A DNA stretch of 64,000 nucleotides from Octopus sinensis. Its lineage: Eukaryota. Position 1 is the first letter of the stretch; every line of letters starts with the position of its first letter. Below the pieces are notes generated by a model. The model was not told where the DNA came from. It worked only from the letters and a program-made list of their open reading frames with translations, and did no database searches. Below, piece by piece: positions 50,585 to 64,000 of this stretch. The stretch is taken from NCBI RefSeq assembly GCF_006345805.1, contig NC_042998.1:36518001-36582000 (forward strand). The letters run 5' to 3'. The position numbers and the translations under genes were made by a program.

Positions 50585-50955
50585 TAGCACTCGGTCAGTT
50601 ACGACGACGTGGGTACCAGGTGATATGATCAACGGAACAGCCTGCGCATGAAATTAACGTGTAAGTGGCCGAGCACTCCACAGACGCGTGTACCCTTAAC
50701 GTAGTTCTCGGGGAGATTCAGCGTGACACGGAGTATGACATGGCTGGCCCTTTGTAATACAGGTACAACAGAAATAGGAAGGAAGAGTGAGAGAAAGTTG
50801 TGGTGAAAGAGTACAGCAGGGTTCACCACCACTCCTGCCGGGGCCTCGTGGAGCTTTAGGTGTTTTTGCTCAATAAACACTCACAACGCCAGGTTTAGGA
50901 ATCGAAACCGTGATCCTACGAACGCGAGTCCGCTGCCCAAACCACTTGGCAATTG
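50585..50955 (-). mobile_element. SINE family C, tail type 3
   Basis: Head gcgagtccgctgcc (rc), body shared with 29330-29520, different long tail. Confidence 0.85.
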
Positions 50956-51523
50956 ATCCTCCTCATATATATATATATAAGTCTATTGCCGATCAAAATC
51001 GGCCTGACTGTAGATAATGTTGACATGCTTACATTTTTGAGAGATTGTCAGGATCTGGATTAGCTTTGGATTAAAAAACCACCCATATATCTAAAAATAA
51101 GGTATTATTAATATTTCGTAAATATAGACATTATTCTGTCGTACATGAATTATGCCAGTATGTTTTTTTCTATTGTCTAATGTTGCAAATAAGTTCCAGG
51201 TAGATTGCATACAATTGCTGTTTAATCCCAGATCATACCTATTCAAAAGAATTCCAGCTTTGACAAACCCACTTTCGTTTTCGGTTGGGATAGCTAAGAC
51301 TGCATTATCCACTATATAGTCCCTTGTGAATTAAAGTAGAGTGTGATACGAAAGAAATTCGATTGATGTTACAAGCAAACCGTGCAGCAACGCCGAGGCT
51401 TTCCCATTGGATTTGTGCATTGTAAGAAACGGCTGCGATGGCAACGGACAAGCACGAACATCTCAAGGAATTTATCACGGCTCCGTATCTCTTCACAATG
51501 TCGAAAGCGTTAAATAACAATAA

Positions 51524-51757
51524 ACCTATTTCTTTACTACCCACAAGGGACTAAACACAGAGCGGACAAACAAGGACAGACAAACGGATTAAGTCGATTA
51601 CATCGACCCCGGTGCGTAACTGGTACTTAATTTATCGACACCGAAAGGATGAAAGGCAAAGTCGACCTCGGCGGAATTTAAACTCAGAGCGTAACGGCAA
51701 ACGAAATACGGCTACGCATTTCGCCCGGCTTGCTAACGTTTCTGCCAGCTCGCCGCC
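51524..51757 (-). mobile_element. SINE family B, full length
   Basis: Reverse complement matches 25131-25361. Confidence 0.9.
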
Positions 51758-51845
51758 TAAACAACGATAAACCTTCACTCGTAATATTATTCAAACTCCA
51801 ATCCTCTCCATTGGAATATATAATAAACTTGATATTAATTCTCAC

Positions 51846-51927
<82 letters not shown>

Positions 51928-52329
51928 GTATATATGCACACATATATATGAGCCTACATGGCCTTTGTGCCTTGAAGTCTTGTACCATATTTTTTTTTTT
52001 TGAGGCTCAAGACTTTTCGTTCACCCCCGTATATATATATATTAGCACACACACACGCACGCACACACACACATACACACATGCACACACACATTTATAT
52101 ATTTATATATACATACATACATGCATATATACATACCGCAGGCTACTTGTCAAGCCAAGGATGTCATGATTAAATGAAGTTTACCTTGTCGTAAGGCGGT
52201 ACAGGTTAACACATGGATGATTCGATCCACAACCTTCCACCCCAATAAACCACTATTGTTACTGAAACTTGTTTTTTTAAAATATTTTCTACAGACTACT
52301 TGAAACTCACCTTCTTCCTACACCTCTAA

Positions 52330-52451
<122 letters not shown>

Positions 52452-52464
52452 GTCTGTCTATCTA

Positions 52465-52536
<72 letters not shown>

Positions 52537-52551
52537 ACTCTATCTATCTAA

Positions 52552-52587
<36 letters not shown>

Positions 52588-54201
52588 ATATGCGTGTGCG
52601 TGTGTGCATATGTGAGTGTATATTTGCATGTGCATGTGTGTGTCTCTGTGTATGTGTTTGTTCCCCGCAACAGCTTAACAAACGGTTTGTGCAACTGTAA
52701 CCCAGCAATTTGCCAAAAGAGATCGAAAGAGTAGGCACCAAGAAGAAAATAAAAAAACAAAAAAAAAGTCGATTCATTTGACTAAATCTCTCCAAATGCG
52801 GTGCTCCGACTTGGCCGCTATCTAATGGCTGATACAAGTGAATATGTAAAAGAATATAAGTTGGAAAGTCGCCTTCCGAGAAAGACAGTCCAACAAAATG
52901 TCTCAGGAAAACTCTCAGAATTCCTACTACGAAGACGGGAAACATTTCCTCGTCGATGCATTTGAAGGATAGACTTTATTTGTTGGCTGAGTCTCAAAAC
53001 AAATTTTCAAATCTAGGATCTTTTTGACAGTCAGATAATTAATTCGGTCGCAGATACAGACAGCATGAACACTTGGTGTCAATATGATACAGCGATGGCA
53101 AATCATGTTGCAGGAGGCAACTATTATTCAAGCAATTATCACGTAGATGCGTTCTTATGCGTTCCTACTTTGACCTCATAACTGAAAACCTTTCAATTTA
53201 GACAGCGGTTCTTTTCTTACTCTTGACTTTTGTACAACGCATGCTTTATAACACTATGTAGTTGGGCTGGGGATACATTTCCTATATTGTGGATAAAGAA
53301 AATATATTTGCAAAGGACACTGAAAGAAAAACGCATAATGTGTCTTATAGGAAACAATGTAACGCTTGCAGCTGTATTATGGACCCAACAGGTCCATAAT
53401 AGCCAACAGGTTATGAATTCAATATGGAGAAATTCAATTGGATACGATAAAAGACTCAAAAGCTGAACATATTATAAAAATGCAATTGGGAGAAATTAGT
53501 CGACATTCGTCAGTTAAAAGACAATATCCGGTCGACTTCCAGTTGGTTAAGTGATAATTGCATTTTGCCTTGAAAAATTACAAACCATATTTCATTCGAT
53601 TTATTGAGAGTACGCGATGGTTTATGTTCTTTATAGCATAATAAATCAGCGAAATATAAAAACTAAAAACAAAATAAATATTTGTAATAATGGTATTTTG
53701 TATAATTTATTTAACTGAACATTTTTAATGGATATAATGGATGTGGAAACAAGAGAAATTGAAGAGAGATAGTTTTGACTGCTGTAAAGAAAAAGGCTCA
53801 GGTGTGTGCTTTGTTGATTTCGCACGATTACAGAATAATTCGTAATATAAAGAGTCGCTTGATCACGCAAGATGAGGTTAGAATGAAAAAAAATAACCTA
53901 TTTGCAGTTAAAAGGAAATAAATAATACAATCATAAGATAAAAAATACAATGTTAAACAAAAATGAAATAGTAACTTGTTCATCACCCTTAAAAAGTAAT
54001 TTTTACTTTACACGACATAAGATTGCCACGAAATGAAGACACGAATACCTTTATCCACTGTTTTAGAAAATATCAAAAGAAAATAAACAGAAACAATTGC
54101 AAGAGAAAAAAAGAGAGAATATAAAGAAATCGCCGAAAGGACTGCATATTTATATCGACCAAATTTTACTCATTCTCTTTCCTCCTCCGCCTCCATTCCT
54201 G

Positions 54202-54252
<51 letters not shown>

Positions 54253-55245
54253 GTACGTTTTGTCTTACAAACAAAAGCGAAATGTCCTCAATACCGAAGA
54301 AGACAGTAAATTACGTTGGTCGTATTGAGATTACTAGCCTCTGCTATTCAGAAGTTTGGGAATATTGTTGTTTACGTACTTCTGTTATTTAAAACATGAT
54401 ATTTATAACAAAATATTATCCGTGTCCATGAAAGCAAAATGTTTATAACAGAATCGATGAAAATACGAATAACACATTGAGATACACACACGCACACACA
54501 AAATGATGTGTGCATAAAGAAAAGAGCTATCTGTGTATATACATATATGTGTACATGCATATGTTTACACGAAGAGAAAGGAAGCATTTTAGTGAATTTC
54601 CTGTACTTCGACCAGCGTTTGTATTATTTAATGTATCCATTTATCTCCTTATTTATCTACATAGCTATCCACCTTCTATTCAGACTTGATTTGCACACTG
54701 TAAAATTTTTTTTTATCCTTTCACTTTTTTTTTATCATCTCTATATTTCAAATAGTTTTTCTCCCGTCGTTAAATATACACAGTTATTATCTTCATCTTA
54801 TTTCTGTTTATATTGTTATCTTACTACCCTTATTCAACGCCAATATTTTTCACCCTTATCTTCTCCCTAACTTCCTTATTTTCTCCTCTCTTTTCCCCCC
54901 TTCTTCGGTTATTTTCCACCACATTTATTCTCCGTTCGTTTCTCTCTTCTTTCTCATATCTTTATATTCCTTTCTCCGTAAGCGAAACTACTTTCACACA
55001 AACAACACCTCTATCTGCTTACATCCACATTCTTACTTGACTTAAGCTATTCTTTCGAGTCAAGTCTACCATTCCAGGAATTGCTATTTTTCATCAACGT
55101 CTTCAAACATTCTTTTCTTTGTCAGAACCCTTTGAGGTTTCGAATTTTTATCTAAATTTTTATTATTTTCCTCAGTTTTTACCGTTACATTTACTTTCAG
55201 TATTTTAAATTTTGGTAACAATTTGACTACTATCCTAGATAGTAG

Positions 55246-55304
<59 letters not shown>

Positions 55305-55521
55305 CATTATTATTATTATCAGTATTATTATTAGTTTATCACCATCTTCATCGTACTGATCCTTATTCACTCGATCCCTGCGTTAACACACATGGCACCG
55401 GCATCTGCAGATATTCACATTTACTAGTCATCTGTGTTTCTCTATCAAGATTACGATGTCATCCCTCCTACTCTCTCCTCTCTGTCTGTCTGTGTCTGTG
55501 TCTGTATATATATATACATAC

Positions 55522-55673
55522 TCCAAATAAGCAACAAGTATATGCGAGGTAATGTGGTACAATCGTTTCATGCTACTTTATTCTATTAAACACTGTAAGT
55601 ATTACATCATAAAATGAAGTAGCATGAAATGATTGTACCACATTACCTCGGATATACTTGTTGCTTATTTGGA
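55522..55673. mobile_element. 152-bp hairpin/MITE-like element (~58-bp inverted arms)
   Basis: 55522-55580 vs 55615-55673, 3 mismatches; no clear TSD. Confidence 0.7.
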
Positions 55674-55819
55674 TTATAATCACCCCATGGATTTATATGG
55701 ATAATACCATACAAAATTCTGGTGCCTTTGACTTAAGTACCATATTCATCTGAATCTAAATTTTGCTGAACTTATACATATATATATGGTTGTTCGATGT
55801 TACTACCGTTTTAGCCCCA

Positions 55820-56170
55820 GGCAGATCTTGCGCCAACTGGTTATATTAGTGCAGCCTGTGTGTATTGCAAGTAGAAGAGGCGAACCCCTTCCATCCAGTC
55901 GACGGGATAGCGAGACCGACTCGGTTTCGGGCTGTTTCTGCCCGTTGTATGAGACCGATGGTCACTTTGTTTTCCTCATATTGCGAGCTGGAGCGCACCC
56001 TTGCCATCTAATAGCGGTTGGGTGTTAATGACTGAGGATAGGTAGAAATAGTTCGTAACCGAGTCGGTCTCGCGATCCCGTCGTCTTCTGGAGGATGGTA
56101 GGAGTTCGCTCCCCTGCTTGCAATATACAGCGTGTGCAGGCTGCATCTATCACCAGCTGGCGTAAGATTT
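55820..56170. repeat. ~350-bp imperfect fold-back element
   Basis: 55820-55941 pairs with 56041-56170 (about 80% by eye). Confidence 0.8.
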
Positions 56171-56281
56171 AAAACGGTAGTAATATCGAACAGCCATATT
56201 AATGAGGCGATTAACTTGTCAGTATATTTACTACACTCATCTTTTATTGATTGAGATTGTCCAACTGGATACTTCTCTTGT

Positions 56282-56379
<98 letters not shown>

Positions 56380-56411
56380 CGTATATATATTATATATATA
56401 TATATATATAT

Positions 56412-56681
56412 AGACGACGTATGAGCGTTCGGCAATTTCTTACAAATCAACCACACATATGATTTGTTTAAAGTGATCGAATGTTTGTGTAGACGTAAGC
56501 TCACTCCCTCCATCTGATCGACTTTACGTGTACAGGTGCAACAGAGTGCCACGTGTCTGATGTCGAAACGATCGCAACGTGACATGAAGTGCTTTGCATA
56601 AGAACACAACGCAACACTCGGGCTCGGGATCGAACCCACTGTCTCGAAATCCTGAGTGCAACACCTTAACCACTAAGCCAT
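56412..56681 (-). mobile_element. SINE family D (tRNA head, CORE-like), left-arm copy
   Basis: Reverse complement of 56943-57212. Confidence 0.75.
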
Positions 56682-56721
56682 ATATATACATACATACATA
56701 TATATATATATACATACATAG

Positions 56722-56816
<95 letters not shown>

Positions 56817-56825
56817 CTATGTATG

Positions 56826-56894
<69 letters not shown>

Positions 56895-56903
56895 CTATGT
56901 ATG

Positions 56904-56934
<31 letters not shown>

Positions 56935-56942
56935 GTATATAT

Positions 56943-57212
56943 ATGGCTTAGTGGTTAAGGTGTTGCACTCAGGATTTCGAGACAGTGGGTTCGATCCCGA
57001 GCCCGAGTGTTGCGTTGTGTTCTTATGCAAAGCACTTCATGTCACGTTGCGATCGTTTCGACATCAGACACGTGGCACTCAGTTGCACCTGTACACGTAA
57101 AGTCGATCAGATGGAGGGAGTGAGCTTACGTCTACACAAACATTCGATCACTTTAAACAAATCATATGTGTGGTTGATTTGTAAGAAATTGCCCAACGCT
57201 CATACGTCGTCT
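56943..57212 (+). mobile_element. SINE family D (tRNA head, CORE-like), right-arm copy
   Basis: A-box TGGCTTAGTGG, B-box GGTTCGATCCC, CORE-like gttgtgttcttatgcaaagcacttca. Confidence 0.75.
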
Positions 57213-57244
57213 ATATATATATATATATATATAATATATATACG

Positions 57245-57295
<51 letters not shown>

Positions 57296-57619
57296 CAAGA
57301 GAAGTATCCAGTTGGACAATCTCAATCAATAAAAGATGAGTGTAGTAAATATACTGACAAGTTAATCGCCTCATTAATATGGCTGTTCCATATTACTACC
57401 GTTTTAAATCTTACGCCAGCTGGTGATAGATGCAGCCTGCACACGCTGTATATTGCAAGCAGGGGAGCGAACTCCTACCATCCTCCAGCAGACGACGGGA
57501 TCGCGATACCGACTCGGTTACGAACTATTTCTACCTATCCTCAGTCATTAACACCCAACCGCTATGAGATGGCAAGGGTGCGCTCCAGCTCGCAATATAT
57601 ATATGTATATATATGTATA

Positions 57620-57665
<46 letters not shown>

Positions 57666-57719
57666 ATAGATACACATATGACGTGCCAATGACTACTGGT
57701 TACAACTATGTAACTCTGT

Positions 57720-59613
57720 AACCACTAGTTTGACATGGGAAACATACGCGGAATGTATCAGGATGGCAAGAAAGCGATCGGCCTAACCCAGAGCAAGATA
57801 GCTCCACGCAAATCCAGAACAGGAGAAGTCATCAAGGGCAAAAGGGACCAGCTGGATAGATGGGTAGTACATTATTCCGAACTCTACGCCAAGGAAACAA
57901 CATTTCAGATAGCGCTAGACACCGGAGAACACTTACCTGTCATGGAGGAGGAGCTGGATACACTGCCAACTCTTGAAGAACTGAGCAACGCCATTGATGG
58001 CTTGCCTACTGGAAAAGCGCCAGGTTTGAACGGCATCCCACCAGCAGTGAGGAGGGAGGAGCACCGCAAGATATGAGAGACTGCAACAGTATAATCGTGT
58101 ATAAGAACAAAGGAAACAAACGGAGCTGCAATAATTAGCGAGGCATTTTCGCTGTTAAGTATCGTCGGGAAGATCTTTGTCCACATACAACAGAAAATTC
58201 CTGTAAGGTTTCAGATCAGAACGTTCCTCCATCGAATGATCTCACGTCGAGAGCTACAGAAGAAGTGCCGAGAGCAAAGGTAAGCAATCTTCATATCTTC
58301 ATCGAAATCCCAAAGGCTAGAAGAGAAGATCTAGTCAATAGGGACGGCCTGTTCAAAATCCTTGCCAAGATTGGCTGTCCTGCGAGACTCCTCAGGATTG
58401 TCCAGTCGCTTCACACCGATATGAAAGGCGTCGTTCAATTTGTTGGCTCTTCTTTTCAGACATTCATCATATGTAGCGTTGTGAAGCAAGGGTGTATGCT
58501 TGCCCCCACCCTGTTCTTCTTCACAATTATGCTGAAATACGCATTTGAGACATCAACTGCTGGTGTTTACCTTCTCACCAGATCAGACAGTAAGCTGTTT
58601 AGTCTGTCGAGGCTGAAAATCAAAATCCAGGATGCGGACGATGCAGCACTGACAGCCCACTCCGAGCAGCAAATGCAGCACATGTAGACAAATTCTCAAA
58701 GGCTTGTCAGGAATTCAGTATGACTATGAGTCTGAAGAAGCCAACGTACTGAGCCAAAGTGGTTAGCACTCCTTACCATCACCATCAACAACTACAAGCT
58801 GGAGGTTGTCCATTAATTCTCCTACCTCGGTTCCACCATTTCTGACGACCTCAACCTGGACCCTGAGACCAGTAGGTGAATTGGACAAGCATCGTCAACA
58901 TTTACCAGACTCACAAAGAGAATCTGGGTAAACAGAAAACTGACCGCAAGCACCAAGATTCCTGTCTATAAGGCGTGCGACCTTAGTAAGGTATTCCACG
59001 GCAGTGAGATGTGGAGCCTCTACTCCATTTAGGAGGGGCATCTCAACGTCTTCTACTTTCGTAATTTGAGACGCATCTTGGATAGCAAGTGGACCGACCG
59101 CATCACCAACACCGAAGTCCTCAACCGCACCAACATACTCAGAATACTCACCCGACTACAGCAGCGTCGTTTGCGCTGGCTCGGTCATGTACCTCGCACG
59201 CTGGACAGAAGGATCCCCAAAGACTTCCTCTGTCGGGAAATGGTCACCGACACAAGAGCGCGAGGACGACCACACCTTCGTTTCAAGGAGGTCTGCAAGA
59301 GAGATATTTGGTCAGTAAATCTTGCCGTCCTGAGATGGGAGGAGTTCACAAATGATCGCCCACGCTGGAGACTATGAAAGGAGATGAAGCGAAGGCAAGA
59401 AAATAAGGAACTCGCTGCAAAAGAAAAGCGCGGTCGACAGAAGAAAAAAAAACCCAATAAGGCCAGCATAGAGCGCCTTCAAATGCGGTCCGTATGTGCG
59501 TGACTTCCACGCCTGTGTGGGCCTCTACAGCCACCGCAGACGCTGCACCACCAACAGCAGCTGACACGATTTCTTTGGGCGCATATCCACAGTCTCTCGA
59601 GACCGAAAGATGC

Positions 59614-59625
<12 letters not shown>
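57720..59625 (+). mobile_element. RTE-clade (BovB-like) LINE, 5'-truncated and decayed
   Basis: GKAPGLNGIP, YKNKGN..CNN*RGISLLS, QGCMLAPTLF, ADDAAL, YLGSTIS, QRRLRWLGHV, RGRPHLRFK, C-terminal FKCG..HACVGLYSHRRRC; (CTA)n tail; many stops and deletions. Confidence 0.92.
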
Positions 59626-59647
<22 letters not shown>

Positions 59648-59682
59648 AGCTGCTGCTGCTGCTGTTGTTGCTGCTGTTGCTG

Positions 59683-59774
<92 letters not shown>

Positions 59775-59964
59775 GCTGATGCTGCTACTACTGCTGCTGC
59801 GGCAGCTGCTAATACAACTTGTTGTTGTTGCTGCTGCTACTACTGCCACTACTACTACTGCCACTACTACTACTGCCACTACCACGGCTTCTGCTACTAC
59901 TACAACTACGTCTACTACTACTACTACAATACTACCACCGCTGCTGTGACTACTACAACTACTT

Positions 59965-59996
<32 letters not shown>

Positions 59997-60024
59997 GCTA
60001 CGTCTGCTGCTGCTGGCTCTGGTG

Positions 60025-60061
<37 letters not shown>

Positions 60062-60062
60062 A
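59614..60062. repeat. Compound trinucleotide array (CTA/CTG/CCA/TTG)
   Basis: Continuous with the RTE 3' tail. Confidence 0.95.
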
Positions 60063-61269
60063 CACATATGTATACCTATATCTACATGTGTATATGTACA
60101 TACAACTATATATATATTAATGTGTACTTGTATGAATGTACACACACATACGTACACACACACAAACAGTTACAGATACAGACACACAATCTTTGGAAAA
60201 CATTTATAAATATTTTAATGCATAGCTACACGCGTTTCTACAAATTATATATTTCTTAATATCATAGACCGTATTCTCGGGATAGTTACCGTGCAGTCGA
60301 TAGTATCCCTGTCATCAGGTAAAACATAGTCCCTCATTCATACCAGTTGGCGTCATTAGGCTGTAAATAGTATCTACGTGTTACACACCTCACAGCAATC
60401 AGTAGGTGAGAAAAATGTGTAGCCCTATATTCGTACTAATTCACCCCAGTCAAACATTTAGAGACCCATGCGTTCCAACTGTAGCTACCACAATGTTTGT
60501 CGGGCATTGTATACCGCATACTATGTTAGTTATGTAGCAGAAATGATTTAAAGACTGTAAGGTGTAATTCAAGGGAGATTTGGCTGTTATTTCTAGCAAA
60601 CAAATAGATCACATAAAAGCTATCTTGTTGATTCAGAGAGCGAAATGTATAATTGTCTGTTGGAAAGGTAGCAAATCCTAGCAGGTATAACAATTGCTTT
60701 TTCGAAACTGATTTACTTTTGCTATACTTTATCAAAACAGACTGAATGCTCCACATCTAAGAAGAAATAAATTATCTTAATTATATATAGTTCTTAAAAT
60801 AGAAACATCGTTGCGAGAAAATGTCACGAAATCACGAGATGAGCCTAAGACTTTTCCGTTTTATATGGCGGCATCCTAAAAAAAGAGCTTTTTTCTGAAC
60901 AGCATTGTTCTTTCTATGTATTCATGTATATCAGCATATCAGAGTAAGATTTTGCAGTTTATATAAAGTATTTCTATAGATGTATGTTATTGCTATAGGA
61001 AATCTAATAAAAGACATTTAACAAGGCAAAATATGGGTAAAAATACAAATCTATTGAATATAGGGGTGGGGTAGGTTATGGAGTTCCAATCGTGATCCCA
61101 AATATTGAAATTTACTTTTATATATTTCCATAAATTTATTCAATATCATTTGAAGTTAGAAACGTTGTATAAACCCATTCTAGCTTGCTAAAGGCTTTTC
61201 AGAATTTGTTTATAATTAATTAGACAACAATTGAATTTAGTCTGTAGCTATTGTTATACATTAGAGGAT

Positions 61270-61487
61270 GAGGTGACGAGCTGGCAGAATCGTTAGCACG
61301 CCGGACAAAATGCCTACCAACGTTTCATCCGTCTTTATATTGAGTTCAAATTCTACCCGGGTCGACATTGGCTTTCATTCTTTCAGGGCCGATGAAATAA
61401 AACCCAGTTGAGCGCTGGGGTTGGTGCAATCGACTTAACTCCTTCCTCGAAATTGCTGGCCTTGTGCCAAAATTTGAAACCGTTATT
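61270..61487 (+). mobile_element. SINE family B, diverged
   Basis: agctggcagaatcgttag, gagttcaaattc, tail ggccttgtgccaaaatttgaaac. Confidence 0.8.
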
Positions 61488-62011
61488 ATAAACTGTATGA
61501 AATCGATATAAAAGCAGATGAATGTTGTAAGTTTTAGACGTTCAGTTATAATCTCTGATTGTTACTAAGCGTGGGAGGGATATATGATGAAAGTCGTCTC
61601 TGCGCTACAGACTTAAAACCCTTTTCAGCCAGTTTATTTCTTTACATTCAATGTCACCCCTATTCACTGTAGGAATGTGAAATGTGTTGTACAGTTAATC
61701 TATAGTTTTACTCTCCGCACGGACGTTGTTTTTTAGATTATAATCTTACTACAGCCTGAATTAGTGTTACATTTTCATTTTGCATACATTAATGAAATGA
61801 TATTTATTTACGTACGCACATACGTATGCAAAAGTACATTCACACATCTAAATATATATATACTCACATATATTTACATACAGGCAAAGACGCACACATA
61901 TGTGAACCAAAAGACACATAGGAACATACACATAAACATACATTCACAAAAAATATGTGTATATATATATGTATTTATATATATACGTTTACTTCTCACT
62001 CTCTCTCTCTC

Positions 62012-62093
<82 letters not shown>

Positions 62094-62179
62094 TTCAGAT
62101 ACTATCTTCAGCTATAATCCCGGATGGTCCAATACCTTGAGAGTGGTATGATAGAGAGAAACTGAAAAAGCCCGTCGTG

Positions 62180-62220
<41 letters not shown>

Positions 62221-62323
62221 ATAATATATATATATATATATAATTTTATACACATTCATACACGCCCCCCCCACACACACATATATATATATAATATATA
62301 TATATATATACATGTATATATCT

Positions 62324-62356
<33 letters not shown>

Positions 62357-64000
62357 TGAATACATTCATACATACATACATACATATACATATATATATA
62401 TATATGTGTGTATGTATGTATATATATACCACGCTCGTGCACACATACGCACGGGCATATAGCTGCACTGTGCGTTGAGATATCAATGAATATTTACGTT
62501 TGTACAAATAATAGACATCCACGCGGTCAGCCAATACATTAGGTTGAAGAATAAGCAAATAGCATGTAAAATATAGTTTTTCTAAACCAATAAATTCTTG
62601 AATTTGGGTGACGTTGAAAGTATAAAAGTAATTTGATTTGTGTCACGCATCTATAAGATTAGAAGACGGAGAATTAAATTTGACTATGATTGCTAACTGA
62701 ATTCTGAAATTGTCAATTTATATATTACTCTAGTATTCCGCTTGCCAGAAGACCGTATCTTAATAACACGATATATTGCAACAGACAAGTTCTATTTGTA
62801 GCAGAAACTAAAAGAAACACACGCACACATACACACACACAAGCATACATATGCATGCGTGCGTGAGTATGTGTGTGTCGGAGAGAAAAGAAAAAAATTC
62901 TTTACGTAAACGACTTGAAAATTCCCATGCGGATAATTCGATATTGCTGTTTTAAACTCAGTTTAGCGCGAGGCAGACTTATTAATAGCTGTGCAACCGT
63001 GACCATACTTACCGATTCGTTCTCAGTATCTATAGAATTAAGTTATACGATGCTTCCCAATGTGATCTGTGGCACATTTGCCCACCACTTCGTCGACTTG
63101 GAATCTTGCTCAGACCTTTCCTTCTGGATAGCATGCGTTCTGATAGTTTATGTTATCAAATACGCAGATGATTTCCTCCGTGGTTCGTTATCAAATATAA
63201 TTAATCAGAGGCGAATAAAAGTGGTGGGAAGCCGAATTTAAATTAATGTTTCATTACAATATACAATTAAATATGATTAAATTATTTGCAAGTGATACAT
63301 GAAAAATGATCCAGCATATTTCAAAGAAAAATTTGACATTAAATCTACGACGAAAGAGTTAGAGTTAACTCTTATTGTAACAAATTATGCAAAAAAACTA
63401 ATAGGAGATATATACCTGAATTGAAAATAAATTGAGAAAATAGGAATTGCTTCTTAGTTTTGAATAATTTATCAATTTGCCTTTGAATGCCATCGTGTTT
63501 CAAATGAAATTAGCGGTTCAAGTACAGTAACAACTAATTTGATGTACAATTTTGAATATCATTCACTAATTTAATCTGCTTAATTTCCTACGCAAATGAA
63601 AAAAATTCCAAATAAACACATTTATGTTATTTTCAATTGTATATAACATCGATATTCACACGAAAATGTTGTCTGTTTTTAGGCGCAAAGAAGCCCTTCA
63701 TAAAAGCCTGAGTTTAGTTAGGTTTACTTTATTCTGATATTATATATTAGATTATTAAGTATCAAAATATTACGTTTTAGCTATTTCGGCAAGTATTGAA
63801 GATATCACAAAACTTGTTTCCGATTATTCTGATAATCTGCCAAACATAACATGAATGCCGAGGGAGAGATAAAACCATTCCTAAGTAAGTGCACGATATT
63901 CTACCTTTGTCGTCGAGGGAAAATAGAAATATTTTGAGAAAAATTAATTTAATAGCGTTCAACGACTAATAATATTTTCATTTATCACATAAGATGAGGT

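Larger units (their letters stand above)
55978..57598. repeat. 1.6-kb near-perfect inverted duplication with (TA)n spacer
   Basis: Arms 55978-~56710 and ~56912-57598; 6 substitutions outside microsatellites. Confidence 0.95.

Noticed and set aside
60265-60322. Minus-strand CTGATGA with GGGATA/TATCCC stem
   Set aside because: GAAA disrupted and no stem I or III
62873-63241. 122-aa ORF containing KYADDF (RT-like)
   Set aside because: No other RT motifs at the expected spacing; starts in a microsatellite

Overview
AT-rich, microsatellite-dense eukaryotic DNA with no host gene I can support. The repeat landscape ((TA)n/(CA)n arrays, four tRNA-headed SINE families, CR1 and RTE LINEs, Penelope-like fragments, mariner) fits a coleoid cephalopod, probably an Octopus species (inference from recognised repeat families; no database check possible). 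Main elements: (1) a young, probably 5'-truncated CR1-clade LINE (1360-5428) with a two-CCCH-finger ORF1, an ATG-less ORF2 reachable by a -1 shift at an in-phase U_UUU_UUA heptamer, only two ORF2 lesions, and a 3' UTR homologous to the tail of the commonest local SINE; (2) a full-length decayed mariner (21834-23123); (3) a decayed RTE LINE (57.7-59.6 kb); (4) about 30 SINE copies; (5) several fold-back elements and a 1.6-kb near-perfect palindrome (55978-57598). The most striking signal is about a dozen minimal type-I hammerhead-ribozyme-like motifs in short Penelope-like/retrozyme-like units. Nearly all have a self-complementary (dimer-type) stem III, and core positions 3 and 8 covary (C-G, G-C, U-A) between families. 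All structure calls were made by eye, and SINE family labels A-D are my own. Nearly all ORF-track entries outside the transposons are microsatellite artefacts.
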